Of a stretch of DNA of 64,000 nucleotides, positions 8,593-18,483 are shown piece after piece. The notes below the pieces were generated by a model. The model made no database searches. It saw only the letters and a program-made list of their open reading frames with translations, and was not told the origin of the DNA. This DNA comes from an uncultured Clostridia bacterium (GTDB lineage: Bacteria; Bacillota; Clostridia; TANB77; CAG-508): NCBI GenBank assembly GCA_947594935.1, contig CANQEM010000001.1, forward strand, positions 52,802-116,801, read 5' to 3'. Both the position numbers and the translations under genes were made by a program. Positions within the stretch are counted from its first letter, which is position 1. Each line of letters begins with the position of its first letter.

Positions 8593-11037
8593 ATGCTTGA
8601 ATTATTAGCGCCTGTTGGCAATTTTGACTCTTTAAAAGCTGCTGTTCAAAATGGTGCAGATGCAGTTTATTTTGGTAGTAGTTCTTTCAATGCAAGAGCA
8701 TTTGCTGGCAATTTTAGTACAGAAAATTTGCAAGAAGCTATTTTATATGCAAAATTGCGTGGTGTTCAAACACACTTGACCTTAAATACCCTTATAAAAG
8801 ATAACGAATTAGAAGAAGCTTTTAATCTTGTTAAACAAGCTTATGAATTTGGAATTGATGCTGTAATCGTTCAAGATTTAGGTTTAGCAGATTTGTTAAT
8901 TAAATCTTTTCCAGATTTACCAGTTCATTCAAGCACACAAATGTCAATACATAATTTAGAGGGTGTTCTTAAATTACAAGAGATTGGTTTTAGCCGTGTT
9001 GTGCTTTCAAGAGAATTATCTTTGCGTGATATTGAATATATCTGTAAGCATTCTTCAATTGAAATTGAAACTTTTATTCATGGAGCTCTTTGCATTTCAT
9101 ATTCTGGTCAATGCCTATTTTCTAGCTTAGTTGGTGGTCGTTCTGGCAACCGTGGAAAATGTGCACAAAGTTGCCGTTTACCTTATGAATTGCTAGAAGA
9201 TAATAAAAAATTAGATTCTGGCTATTTATTAAGTACACGCGATTTATGTAGTTTGCAATTTTTACCAGATTTAATTTTAGCAGGTGTTAAAAGTTTCAAA
9301 ATTGAAGGTAGGATGAAAAGTAGTGAATATGTTGCTGTTGTAACAAAAATTTATAGAAAATATCTTGATTTAGCAATGGAATACGTTGATTCTGGTCATT
9401 TACAAGATTATCATGTTGAACCAGAAGATGAAAAAATGTTATTACAAGTATTTAATCGTGGTAATTTTTCTAATGGTCATTTAGATGATAAACCTAATAA
9501 AGAACTTGTTTTCAAAGAAAAACCTAATAATATGGGAATTTATCTTGGAATTGTTCAAAATTATAATTCTACAAAAGGTCATATTACATTAAAATTAAAA
9601 GATAGTATAAATATTGGTGATACTATCGCTCTACAAAGAGAGACCGGAACTTATACTATTTCTGAAATATTGAAAAATAATCAAAATATTAAAGACCCAA
9701 AAGTTGATGATATTGTTACAATTGGAAGAATGAAAGGCAATATTCAGTCTGGCGATAAAATTTATAAAATATCTTCTAAGGCTTTGTCTATGTCTGCAAG
9801 AGAAAGTTTTTCAAAAGAAAATAAAAAGGTTTATTTAGATGCTAAAATTTCAATTAAAAAAGGTAAACCTATTTCTATTAAAGTAACTCCATCTTTCCAA
9901 TTGCCAAAAGCATATAATAAAATGAATATAAAGTGTGAACTTGCTGATGCTATTCCAATGGTTGCCAAAAATCAGCCACTAATCGCAGAAAATGTATTTT
10001 TGCAACTTACAAAAACACATAATACTCCATATCAATTTAAACATATTCAAATTGACCTAGATGATAATTTGTTTTTACAGAAAAACGTATTAAATGAGTT
10101 AAGGCGTACAGCTCTTCAAAAAGTTGAAGAATTTGCTGTAAATAACATAACAAGAAAATCTAAAAGTTTGCAAATTCCTTATACTAACCGCACAAAAGGT
10201 ATGAAAAAAGTTTCCAACCCTAAAATCTCTGTTTTGCTTAATACTTTAAATACAGAATATGTTTATCAAAATTTAGATAAATCAATAGATTCTGTTTATA
10301 TACCTTTAAAGTATTTTACAACTAATTCGTATGAAAATATTATTAAAACTTTAACTGACAACTTTAATGTTTATATTTATATTCCAACAATTGTAAAAGT
10401 TAATTACCGTAATTTACTTGTATCAAAAATTCATCAAACACTTGAAAAATTTCCAATCAAAGGGTTTGTAATAGCTAACCTTGGAAATCTAGAAATACTT
10501 GAATCTGCGAACCTTGATTTAGAAAAATATGATTTAGTTGGAAACTATACCCTTAATATTTTTAATACAAAAACTATTTCAAAATTACGAGCACTTGGGC
10601 TTAGCAAAATTACCAATTCACCTGAATTAGATAAAGCAACTCTTCTAAACTTATGTAGTTGCTCAGTTTTACCACAAGAATTGATTGTATATGGTAAATT
10701 GCCTTTGATGAATATTCGCTATTGTTTGCTTGGAAATACAAATCAATGTTATCCAGAATGTAAAAGCAGATGTACATCAAACCATACTTATTATTTGAAA
10801 GACAGATTACAAATGAAATTTAGAGTTTTACCAGATAATATTCAAACTGTAACCACTATTTTTAATAGTAAAATTCTATCTATACTTTATGATGATTTTT
10901 CTGTTGATTCTGTTCGTGTTGATATTCTAGATGAGACAATTGATGAAATCAATAATGTAGTAAATACTGTTAAAAATCATAAGCGTTTTGAGGGAAGTTC
11001 ATATACTAATGGAAATTTGAATAGGAAAGATATTTAA
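8593..11037 (+). CDS. Peptidase U32 family protein, long form (collagenase-like, with C-terminal extension)
   Basis: N-terminal MLELLAPVGNFDSLKAAVQNGADAVYFG followed by a TIM-barrel region (E-x-F-x-HGALC), as in PrtC/YhbU. At 814 aa it resembles the long clostridial U32 proteins. Confidence 0.85.
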   Translation: MLELLAPVGNFDSLKAAVQNGADAVYFGSSSFNARAFAGNFSTENLQEAILYAKLRGVQTHLTLNTLIKDNELEEAFNLVKQAYEFGIDAVIVQDLGLADLLIKSFPDLPVHSSTQMSIHNLEGVLKLQEIGFSRVVLSRELSLRDIEYICKHSSIEIETFIHGALCISYSGQCLFSSLVGGRSGNRGKCAQSCRLPYELLEDNKKLDSGYLLSTRDLCSLQFLPDLILAGVKSFKIEGRMKSSEYVAVVTKIYRKYLDLAMEYVDSGHLQDYHVEPEDEKMLLQVFNRGNFSNGHLDDKPNKELVFKEKPNNMGIYLGIVQNYNSTKGHITLKLKDSINIGDTIALQRETGTYTISEILKNNQNIKDPKVDDIVTIGRMKGNIQSGDKIYKISSKALSMSARESFSKENKKVYLDAKISIKKGKPISIKVTPSFQLPKAYNKMNIKCELADAIPMVAKNQPLIAENVFLQLTKTHNTPYQFKHIQIDLDDNLFLQKNVLNELRRTALQKVEEFAVNNITRKSKSLQIPYTNRTKGMKKVSNPKISVLLNTLNTEYVYQNLDKSIDSVYIPLKYFTTNSYENIIKTLTDNFNVYIYIPTIVKVNYRNLLVSKIHQTLEKFPIKGFVIANLGNLEILESANLDLEKYDLVGNYTLNIFNTKTISKLRALGLSKITNSPELDKATLLNLCSCSVLPQELIVYGKLPLMNIRYCLLGNTNQCYPECKSRCTSNHTYYLKDRLQMKFRVLPDNIQTVTTIFNSKILSILYDDFSVDSVRVDILDETIDEINNVVNTVKNHKRFEGSSYTNGNLNRKDI

Positions 11038-11038
11038 A

Positions 11039-11068
11039 AGAGCTGAGAATTTTATTTCTCAGCTTTTG
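11039..11068. terminator. Bidirectional terminator shared by the U32 gene (+) and the RNHCP gene (-)
   Basis: Hairpin AGCTGAGAA-loop-TTCTCAGCT with flanking T-runs. The RNHCP stop codon sits in the loop. Confidence 0.7.
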
Positions 11069-11369
11069 ATAATTGAATAATTAAGTTCATATCATCGTCT
11101 TTTGCAGCTTTGTTTTTTCTGATAGCTCCACATTTCCTGCATTTAAAAATAATTACATATCCTTTTTTGCTATTTATTTCTAGCCCAATTGGTTCTAAAT
11201 CGCCATGGCAGTCTTCTGCCCTATCTCCTGGGTTTTTATCAACATGTTTTGAGTGTAAACAATATGGACAATGATTTCTACATGAGTAACCTAATTTTTT
11301 TACTTTTTTGCCACAATTGTCACAAATAAATTCTTCATCTATTTCTGTAAAATTTGCTTTTTCTAACAT
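11052..11369 (-). CDS. RNHCP-domain zinc-ribbon protein
   Basis: Contains the literal RNHCPYC motif plus additional CxxC pairs (CDNCGKK, CRKCG); 105 aa. Confidence 0.8.
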   Translation of the reverse strand: MLEKANFTEIDEEFICDNCGKKVKKLGYSCRNHCPYCLHSKHVDKNPGDRAEDCHGDLEPIGLEINSKKGYVIIFKCRKCGAIRKNKAAKDDDMNLIIQLSKAEK

Positions 11370-11430
11370 AAACTCACCTTCTTAATGTCTATTATAAACT
11401 TTTACTATTTCATTTGTCAAATTTAAAACA

Positions 11431-11455
11431 GACAGGAATCGAATTCCTGCCTGTC
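11431..11455 (-). terminator. Intrinsic terminator of the small GC-rich gene
   Basis: Hairpin GACAGGAAT-CGA-ATTCC(tgcc)TGTC followed by a minus-sense U-rich tract, 10 nt after the stop codon. Confidence 0.7.
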
Positions 11456-11465
11456 TTATGTATAG

Positions 11466-11672
11466 CTACCGTACAATGGCGAAAATTGCACGGTATGGGA
11501 TGTTTCTAATTTCGTCCGTCACAGTCATAAACTCCATGCTGTCTGTGTTCAGCTTGAAGATTTCGCCATATATGACTTCGCCTCTTTCTGTGACAATATT
11601 CACGTCGTCCAGTTCATGGAAAACGTCCTCGTCAAAAAACAAGTTCCCATTACTTACACTATACATCATCAC
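11466..11672 (-). CDS. Small hypothetical protein (68 aa) in a G+C-rich island
   Basis: Strong RBS (AAGGAGG) 7 nt upstream of the ATG, a consensus promoter of its own, and its own terminator. G+C is visibly above the flanking DNA. Confidence 0.7.
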   Translation of the reverse strand: MMMYSVSNGNLFFDEDVFHELDDVNIVTERGEVIYGEIFKLNTDSMEFMTVTDEIRNIPYRAIFAIVR

Positions 11673-11749
11673 ACAACCTCCTTTTTAATGTTCGGAGGTT
11701 TTTTAGAAACCTCCTTGTTTTGAAGTTTCTAAAAACTTGTTACATATAT

Positions 11750-11778
11750 ATTATACTACATTTCGAGGGATTTTTCAA
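11750..11778 (-). promoter_or_regulatory. Near-consensus sigma-A promoter (TTGAAA-N17-TATAAT) driving the small GC-rich gene
   Basis: Read directly on the minus strand. The -35 element abuts the feoB stop codon. Confidence 0.7.
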
Positions 11779-11783
11779 GTGCT

Positions 11784-13853
11784 TTACATAATGGTGTGAT
11801 ATAGTCCATTTGTAAACATACAAATAATAACTCCACAAACAGTTGGAATAGCAAATGCAAGAGCTGTCCATTTAATACTTCTAGTCTCTTTTTTTATTGT
11901 CAATAAAGTTGTAGCACATGGAAAATGTAAAACTGTAAATATCATTACATTTATTGCTGTTAAAATATTCCAGCCATTTTGTTTTAAAATTTCTCCTATT
12001 GCAAAAACATCTTCCATGTCAATTAAAGTTTTAGCTTTCATGTAACACATCAAGATAATTGGTAAAACTATTTCATTTGCTGGTATTCCAAGAACAAATG
12101 CTGTTAATATATAGCCATCTAAACCCATCAACTTTGCAAATGGTTCAAAGAAATTTGCAATAAGTGTTAAAAAACTTTTGCCATCTATTCCAGTATTTGC
12201 CAATAGCCATATTACAAGCCCAGCAGGTGCTGCAACCTTAATGGCTCTGGCAAGAATAAACAGAGTTCTATCAAATATTGAACGTATGAAGATTTTGCCG
12301 ATTTGAGGCTTTCTATATGGTGGCAACTCTAAAACAAAAGATGATGGCATTCCTTTTAAAATTGTTTTTGATAAAATTTTTGAAATTATCAATGTTAAAA
12401 AGATTCCAAAAATTATAACTCCTATCACAGAGGCAGTTGCTAAAATAGAAGAAAATTTTCCATAATTGCCAGCTATAAAGATTGTGGCAATAGATATTAA
12501 AAATGGAAATCGTCCGTTACATGGTACTAAATTATTCGTCAAAATTGCAATTAGTCTTTCTCGTGGTGAATCTATTATCCTGCAACCAGTTACTCCACAG
12601 GCATTACATCCAAACCCCATGCACATAGTTATCATTTGTTTACCGGTGCAACAAGCTTTTTTGAAAAATTTATCCATATTAAAAGCTATTCTTGGTAAAT
12701 ATCCTAAATCTTCTAAAAATGTAAATAACGGAAAAAATATTGCCATTGGTGGCAACATTACACTAATAACCCAAGTGAGTGTTTGATAAACTCCAAAAAT
12801 TAGCATATTTGAGAGCCAATCTGGTAACTGAATTATTTTAGTAAAAATTACTAGTTTATCTTGTATCCATTTAAAAAAATTAAATAAAAGTGTTGACGGG
12901 TAATTACTTCCTACAATTGTTAGCCAAAAAATAATTGCTAAAAATATGAGCATTATAGGAATTCCAAATTTTTTTGATGTCAAAATTTTATCTATTTGTC
13001 TGTCTCTTTTTTCATAGTTTACATTTTCAAAAGTGCAAACTTGCCTGCATATTTCTTCTGATTTATGTAAAATATTGCTTGTTATTTTATCTTTAAAATT
13101 TTCTTTTGTGATGTTATTTTCTTCTAATCTTTTTCTTGATTTTTTAACTGCTTCATCTATTTTAGGATTATGTATTTTTAGTTTTTTATGATTTTCTATT
13201 GAATTTAAAATTTTTTCTTCGCCGTCTAATAATTTGATTGCTACCCATCTTAAAAAATCTTTGCTATATTTATTTCCTAGCTCTTTTTGTATGTTTTTTA
13301 TTTCTTTTTCTATCACTTCATCATATTTTATTTTTTTGGGTTTTGGTGTTATTTCCCTTTGGCATATTTTATAAATTGTTTGTTTTAAATTTTCTAGTGT
13401 TTTTTTCTTTTTAGCTGTTGTGCCTATAACTGGTATACCTAACAGTTCTGATAATTTATTGAAGTCAATTTTTATTTTCTTTTTCTTGGCTTCATCTAAT
13501 AAGTTGACACATAAAATTACATTAGGAGTTATTTCCATTATTTGAAATAGTAAATTTAAGTTGCGTTCTAAACATGTACTATCTACTACTACAACTGTTG
13601 CTTCTATTTTTTCAAAACAAATATAGTCTCTTGCAATTTCTTCTTCTTCTGAATTTGACATGATTGAATATGTACCGGGAATATCTACAAATAGAAAATT
13701 TTTGTCGTTTATTTTGGCTTTTCCCGTTGCGTTTGCTACTGTCTTTCCTGGCCAGTTTCCTGTATGCTGGTGCATTCCAGTTAAGCTGTTAAATATGGTG
13801 GATTTTCCTACATTAGGGTTACCTGCTAATGCAATTGTATATAAATTTTCCAT
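11784..13853 (-). CDS. feoB: Ferrous iron transporter FeoB
   Basis: G-protein domain with GNPNVGKST and DIPG motifs, followed by the polytopic permease domain; 689 aa. Confidence 0.95.
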   Translation of the reverse strand: MENLYTIALAGNPNVGKSTIFNSLTGMHQHTGNWPGKTVANATGKAKINDKNFLFVDIPGTYSIMSNSEEEEIARDYICFEKIEATVVVVDSTCLERNLNLLFQIMEITPNVILCVNLLDEAKKKKIKIDFNKLSELLGIPVIGTTAKKKKTLENLKQTIYKICQREITPKPKKIKYDEVIEKEIKNIQKELGNKYSKDFLRWVAIKLLDGEEKILNSIENHKKLKIHNPKIDEAVKKSRKRLEENNITKENFKDKITSNILHKSEEICRQVCTFENVNYEKRDRQIDKILTSKKFGIPIMLIFLAIIFWLTIVGSNYPSTLLFNFFKWIQDKLVIFTKIIQLPDWLSNMLIFGVYQTLTWVISVMLPPMAIFFPLFTFLEDLGYLPRIAFNMDKFFKKACCTGKQMITMCMGFGCNACGVTGCRIIDSPRERLIAILTNNLVPCNGRFPFLISIATIFIAGNYGKFSSILATASVIGVIIFGIFLTLIISKILSKTILKGMPSSFVLELPPYRKPQIGKIFIRSIFDRTLFILARAIKVAAPAGLVIWLLANTGIDGKSFLTLIANFFEPFAKLMGLDGYILTAFVLGIPANEIVLPIILMCYMKAKTLIDMEDVFAIGEILKQNGWNILTAINVMIFTVLHFPCATTLLTIKKETRSIKWTALAFAIPTVCGVIICMFTNGLYHTIM

Positions 13854-13900
13854 ATAAGCCCTCCTTTATATATGTTATGCTAAGTTGCTTATATGGTGCA

Positions 13901-14134
13901 TTATTTTTCGATTTCTATCTTTTCTGTGTCTTCTTTCCTGATTGCTATCAATGTGCCTCTTACTTCAAATGCTCGTGGTTCGCCTAATGGGCTTATTAAA
14001 ACTGGCTTTATGCTTGTTCCTTTGATAAAGCCTAAGTCTAAAAGTCTACGTTTTATATTTTCTTGGCATTTTATTTCTTTGATTTTGCCTCTTGTTTCCA
14101 TTTTTAATTCATTTAGGTTCATGTTTGCTCTCAT
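13901..14134 (-). CDS. feoA: FeoA family protein
   Basis: 77-aa SH3-like protein immediately upstream of feoB (LNELKMETRGKIKEIK...RRLLDLGF). Confidence 0.85.
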   Translation of the reverse strand: MRANMNLNELKMETRGKIKEIKCQENIKRRLLDLGFIKGTSIKPVLISPLGEPRAFEVRGTLIAIRKEDTEKIEIEK

Positions 14135-14213
14135 CCCTTCTTAGGCACAAATTTATTTGAAATTTCTTCTCATTATATTATATTTCGACAATTTCAAATT
14201 TGTGATTTTATGC

Positions 14214-14248
14214 ACAAAAAAAGATTTGCAAAAATTACAAATCTTTTT
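14214..14248 (-). terminator. Intrinsic terminator ending the trmD-rplS operon
   Basis: Perfect 11-bp inverted repeat AAAAAGATTTG / CAAATCTTTTT with a 9-nt loop, 7 nt after the rplS stop, followed by a minus-sense U-run. Confidence 0.8.
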
Positions 14249-14254
14249 GTTTTA

Positions 14255-14860
14255 TTATTCTTTATCAGTTTTTTCTTCTTTAACTGGTTCTTCTTTTTCT
14301 GCTTCCTTAGTTTCAGTAGCTGGTGCTTCTTCTGTTGCAGTTTCTTCTTTAACTTCTTCCTTGACTTCCTCTTTTACCTCTTCTTTAACCTCTGCTTTTG
14401 GTTCTTCTGCTGGTTGTTCTACAACTTCTGCAACTTTTTCTTCAACAACTGGTTCCTCAGTTACTGGTTCTTCAACTAAGTCCTCTTTGATAACAATTTC
14501 TTTATCTTCGATTCTAGCCCCAACTTGTTCCTTAGTTTTAGCTGATTTTCCAAGTCTTTCTCTTAGATAGAATAATTTAGCACGTCTTGCTTTACCAACT
14601 CTAACTAATTCTACTTTTTCTACTAGTGGTGAATGCACAAGAAATGTTTTTTCAACACCTACACCATAAGAATTTTTTCTAACTGTAAATGTTTGATTGA
14701 TTCCCCCACCTTGTACTTTAATAATAATTCCTTCAAATACTTGTATTCTTTCTTTATTTCCTTCTTTAATTCTAGCATGTACTTTTACAGTATTACCTAC
14801 TTTTAAATCTGGAATTTTATTTTTCAGTTGTTCATGTTCTATTGATTTAATAATATCCAT
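14255..14860 (-). CDS. rplS: 50S ribosomal protein L19 with an ~85-aa acidic low-complexity C-terminal extension
   Basis: The first ~115 aa align to L19 ([28 protein letters not shown]...[17 protein letters not shown]). The remainder is an E/K/V/P-rich repeat region ([14 protein letters not shown]). Confidence 0.9.
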   Translation of the reverse strand: MDIIKSIEHEQLKNKIPDLKVGNTVKVHARIKEGNKERIQVFEGIIIKVQGGGINQTFTVRKNSYGVGVEKTFLVHSPLVEKVELVRVGKARRAKLFYLRERLGKSAKTKEQVGARIEDKEIVIKEDLVEEPVTEEPVVEEKVAEVVEQPAEEPKAEVKEEVKEEVKEEVKEETATEEAPATETKEAEKEEPVKEEKTDKE

Positions 14861-14896
14861 TTTAGAATTTACCTCCTTCTTTTATTTGAGCGGTGC

Positions 14897-15625
14897 CTAT
14901 TTTGATGGCACTTCATTTTTTAATTTTTCTAAAATTTCTTTTTCATGGTTTGATAATTTATAGTTTTCTAATAAATCTGGTCTTTTTTTGTAAGTTGTTT
15001 CTAATGATTTTTCTTTACGCCATTTTTCAATGTTTTCATGATGACCTGATAACAAAACTTCTGGGACTTTAACCCCTTCAAAAATTTCTGGTCTTGTATA
15101 TTGTGGATATTCAAGCAACCCTTTTGAAAAAGATTCTTCTTGAATTGATGTATCTGTTAGCACACCTTCCACATATCTACTCACAGAATCGATTAAAACC
15201 ATTGCTGGTAATTCCCCACCTGTTAATACATAGTCACCAATTGAAATTTCTTCATCAACAATTTTATCTAGTACACGTTCATCAATTCCTTCATAATGTC
15301 CACATAAAACAATTAAATTTTGTTCTTTTGATAGTTCTTCGACTTTGGTTTGGTTTAATGGCTTACCTTTTGGAGACATATAGATAACTTTCGAATTTTC
15401 AGTTTGAACTGATTGATAAGCTCTATATACTACATCTGGCATCATTACCATACCTGCGCCTCCACCATAAGGAGTATCATCTACTTTTTTATGTTTATTT
15501 TCTGAGAAATCTCTAATATTTATAACATTTATATCTATTAGCTTTTTTTCTTGTGCTTTACCCAAAATGCTAGATTTACAGATTTCAAACATTTCTGGGA
15601 AAAGTGTTAAAACATTAAACTGCAT
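14897..15625 (-). CDS. trmD: tRNA (guanine37-N1)-methyltransferase
   Basis: MQFNVLTLFPEMFE start, the GGGAGMVM motif, and the conserved operon position. Confidence 0.95.
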   Translation of the reverse strand: MQFNVLTLFPEMFEICKSSILGKAQEKKLIDINVINIRDFSENKHKKVDDTPYGGGAGMVMMPDVVYRAYQSVQTENSKVIYMSPKGKPLNQTKVEELSKEQNLIVLCGHYEGIDERVLDKIVDEEISIGDYVLTGGELPAMVLIDSVSRYVEGVLTDTSIQEESFSKGLLEYPQYTRPEIFEGVKVPEVLLSGHHENIEKWRKEKSLETTYKKRPDLLENYKLSNHEKEILEKLKNEVPSK

Positions 15626-15639
15626 TTTTTTCTCCTTTT

Positions 15640-16146
15640 TTATTCTAAGCCTGGTGTAATATGTACTATGATTTTATTTTTTTCAAGCAAAATTTCTTTT
15701 ATAACATCTTGTATTGCTGGCAATAAAATTTGTTTGTGGTCTTCTGTTTTTACAACATAAATATCATTGCTTCCAGTATTAAAAATATCTTCTAAGGTTC
15801 CTAAAATCTTTCCTTCGTCAGTATATACTGGCATACCAATTAGGTCTGCTATGTAATAACTGCCTTCCTCTAATTTTGCAGCATCTTTACGTTCTACTTC
15901 TAGAATTGCATTTCGTAAGTTTTCTGCATCTTCGACTTTATCAATACCTTTAAATTTTAATAATACCATACCTTTATGATATTTGACTTCTTCAACTTCA
16001 TATTGCTTTTTTGTTTGTTTTATTACGACATATACTTTTTTTAAATCATCAAATCGATTTATATTATCTGTATATGGCATAATTTTAACCATACCTTTGA
16101 TTCCAAATGTGTTTACAATTTGACCAATTTCAAAATATTCTTGCAT
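15640..16146 (-). CDS. rimM: 16S rRNA processing protein RimM
   Basis: 168 aa, PRC-barrel architecture, in the conserved position between the KH protein and trmD. Confidence 0.85.
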   Translation of the reverse strand: MQEYFEIGQIVNTFGIKGMVKIMPYTDNINRFDDLKKVYVVIKQTKKQYEVEEVKYHKGMVLLKFKGIDKVEDAENLRNAILEVERKDAAKLEEGSYYIADLIGMPVYTDEGKILGTLEDIFNTGSNDIYVVKTEDHKQILLPAIQDVIKEILLEKNKIIVHITPGLE

Positions 16147-16155
16147 AGATAACTC

Positions 16156-16392
16156 CTAATCTAAGAACTCTACATTGACTTTTTCTTTTTCTTTGATTGC
16201 CATTGATTTTATAACAGTTCTTATAGCTCTTGCAATTTTACCTTGTTTTCCTATAATTTTACCCATGTCTTCTGGTGCAACTTTTACTTCAAATGTTACA
16301 GATTTTTCATTCTCTGATACTTTTTCAGTAATTTGAATTGCATCTTGATTTTCAACTAAATGTTTTATTATAGTTTCTAAGATATCTTTCAT
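16156..16392 (-). CDS. KH-domain RNA-binding protein (YlqC/UPF0109)
   Basis: 78 aa with the GxxG KH motif (IGKQGKIARAIRTV), in the conserved position after rpsP. Confidence 0.85.
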   Translation of the reverse strand: MKDILETIIKHLVENQDAIQITEKVSENEKSVTFEVKVAPEDMGKIIGKQGKIARAIRTVIKSMAIKEKEKVNVEFLD

Positions 16393-16404
16393 ATCCTATA
16401 CCTC

Positions 16405-16638
16405 CTATTTTGATTTAGCTATTAGTGCTTTTACTGTGTCTGTTGGCTTAGCACCATTTTTAATCCATTTTTCTACTTTTTCTTGGTCAAGTACTATTTT
16501 CTCTGGTTTGCTCATTGGGTCATAAGTTCCTATTTGCTCTACTATTTTACCATCTCTTGGGCTTCTAGAATCTGCTACTACAATGTGATAAAATGGAGCT
16601 TTTTTCTTTCCTTCTCTTTGTAATCTAATTTTTACCAT
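16405..16638 (-). CDS. rpsP: 30S ribosomal protein S16
   Basis: [30 protein letters not shown]. The start is placed at the ATG at 16638, 9 nt after GGAGG; the ORF track begins at an upstream GTG. Confidence 0.95.
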   Translation of the reverse strand: MVKIRLQREGKKKAPFYHIVVADSRSPRDGKIVEQIGTYDPMSKPEKIVLDQEKVEKWIKNGAKPTDTVKALIAKSK

Positions 16639-16651
16639 TTTGTTCACCTCC

Positions 16652-18013
16652 TTAAACTTTAAAGTTTCTTAAAGTATTTTCATCAATACCATTCATCAAT
16701 TTCTTCATACCACCTTTGTTGTTCTTCAACTGCTTCATCATTTTTTGTGTTGCCTCAAAAGATTTAATGAATTTATTAACTTCTTGTACAGATGTACCAC
16801 TTCCATTTGCAATTCTTTGCCTACGACTACCATTCAAAACTCTAATATTGCGTTTTTCCTGTTTTGTCATTGAACATATAATTGCTTCTATTCTTTCAAA
16901 CTCTTTATCATCAACTTTAACATCTTTAAGTTTGTTCATGCCGGGTATCATTTTTAATAGTGATGAGAAAGATCCCATTTTCTTAATTTGCCTTAATTGC
17001 GCTAAATAGTCATCTAAATCAAACTCGTTTTTGCGCATTTGTTTTTCAAGCTTTTCAGCTTGTTCTAAGTCAAAGCTTTCTTCTGCTTTTTCGATTACAG
17101 ATAAAATATCTCCCATTCCTAAAATTCTGCTTGCCATTCTGTCTGGGTGAAATATCTCTAAATCGCTTAATTTTTCACCTGTTGCTGCAAATTTGATTGG
17201 TCTGCCTGTTATTTTCTTAACTGAAAGAGCAGCACCACCACGAGTATCACCATCTAGTTTTGTTAAAATAATTCCATCAATTCCAACTTCCTTATGGAAA
17301 GTATCAGCAACATTAACTGCTTCTTGACCTGTCATTGAGTCAACTACTAATAAGATTTCATGAGGTTTTACAGATGACTTAACATTTTTAAGTTCCTGCA
17401 TAAGTTCTTCATCAATTTGTAATCGACCTGCTGTATCTAAGATTATTACATCATTTAATTTTGAGATTGCCACATTTATTGCTTGTTTTGCAATATGCAC
17501 AACGTCTTTTGACTGTTCATTACTGAACACCGGAATATTCAACTGACTACCTACAACTTGTAATTGCTTGATAGCTGCTGGTCTATACACATCACATGCA
17601 ACAAGTAGAGGCTTTTTACCTTGCTTTCTGAATAAATTTGCTAATTTTCCTGCTGTTGTTGTTTTACCTGAACCTTGCAAACCTACTAACATAATAACTG
17701 TTGGCGGATTCGGAGTGAAATTAACTTTGCTCTCTGTTCCACCTAGTAATTCAACAAGTTCGTCTTTTACTATTTTTACTACTTGTTGCCCTGGTGTTAG
17801 AGACTTTAATACATCTTGACCTAATGCTTTTTCTTGAATTGTTCCGATAAATTCTTTAACAATTTTATAGTTAACATCTGCTTCTAATAACGCAAGTTTT
17901 ACTTCTCTAAGTATTTCTTTTAAATCTGATTCTGTAATTCTTGCTTTGCCACTTAATTTTCTAGTTATTTCTTGCAAGCGGTTTGATAGACCTTCAAAAG
18001 CCATTTGGTTCAC
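16652..18013 (-). CDS. ffh: Signal recognition particle protein Ffh
   Basis: NG domain ([15 protein letters not shown]) plus the Met-rich M domain; 453 aa. Confidence 0.97.
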   Translation of the reverse strand: MNQMAFEGLSNRLQEITRKLSGKARITESDLKEILREVKLALLEADVNYKIVKEFIGTIQEKALGQDVLKSLTPGQQVVKIVKDELVELLGGTESKVNFTPNPPTVIMLVGLQGSGKTTTAGKLANLFRKQGKKPLLVACDVYRPAAIKQLQVVGSQLNIPVFSNEQSKDVVHIAKQAINVAISKLNDVIILDTAGRLQIDEELMQELKNVKSSVKPHEILLVVDSMTGQEAVNVADTFHKEVGIDGIILTKLDGDTRGGAALSVKKITGRPIKFAATGEKLSDLEIFHPDRMASRILGMGDILSVIEKAEESFDLEQAEKLEKQMRKNEFDLDDYLAQLRQIKKMGSFSSLLKMIPGMNKLKDVKVDDKEFERIEAIICSMTKQEKRNIRVLNGSRRQRIANGSGTSVQEVNKFIKSFEATQKMMKQLKNNKGGMKKLMNGIDENTLRNFKV

Positions 18014-18020
18014 TCCTATT

Positions 18021-18386
18021 CTATACTAAACAATTTAATTCTTTTTTTATGCTTTCTAAAATGTCTGCAATTTTTTGATCAGAATATTCTTTTTGAATTT
18101 TTGAAATTTCTGATAAAACTTTGCTAATTTTCTTTTCTTGTTTCAACGTCCTTTTCATAAAAGTTAGCTTTTCTTCATATTCGAAAAGTTTTTTCTCTCC
18201 TTTCTTTATGATGTCTCTTACAGCTTGCCTTGTAACTTTGTTATTTTCTGCAATTTCTGAAAGAGATAAATCATTATTATAGTAGTCATTTAAAAATTCA
18301 AATTGCTTTTTTGTAAGTAATGCTCCATAGTATTCGCATAACATACTTATTTTAATTTTATTTTCTAAATTACTCTTTTCTTCCAT
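18021..18386 (-). CDS. ylxM: YlxM/p13-like putative DNA-binding protein (UPF0122)
   Basis: 121 aa with an HTH segment (LSLSEIAENNKVTRQAVRDIIKKGEKKL), immediately upstream of ffh. Confidence 0.85.
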   Translation of the reverse strand: MEEKSNLENKIKISMLCEYYGALLTKKQFEFLNDYYNNDLSLSEIAENNKVTRQAVRDIIKKGEKKLFEYEEKLTFMKRTLKQEKKISKVLSEISKIQKEYSDQKIADILESIKKELNCLV

Positions 18387-18418
18387 TTTTTCTCTCTTTC
18401 TTTTTGTAATGCTATTAT

Positions 18419-18447
18419 ACTTTACACTATTTTTTTTGATTTGTCAA
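18419..18447 (-). promoter_or_regulatory. Putative ylxM-ffh operon promoter (TTGACA-N17-TAAAGT)
   Basis: Perfect -35 hexamer read on the minus strand. Confidence 0.45.
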
Positions 18448-18453
18448 GAGTTT

Positions 18454-18482
18454 TTGCGAAATTTATTGCAATTTTATATATA
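18454..18482 (+). promoter_or_regulatory. Putative plus-strand promoter (TTGCGA-N17-TATATA) feeding the GC-rich rod-like element
   Basis: Read directly. It is divergent from, and back to back with, the ylxM promoter. Confidence 0.35.
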
Positions 18483-18483
18483 A

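Noticed and set aside
14135-14213. Fur box upstream of feoAB
   Set aside because: Only a degenerate 7-1-7 match (TGAGAAG-A-AATTTCA) overlapping the RBS. That is insufficient to call.
14157-14570. Plus-strand ORFs 14157..14570 (Ser-rich) and 14210..14479 (Phe-rich)
   Set aside because: They are antisense shadows of the GAA/AAA-rich repeat in the rplS extension. They have no RBS and are pure low complexity.
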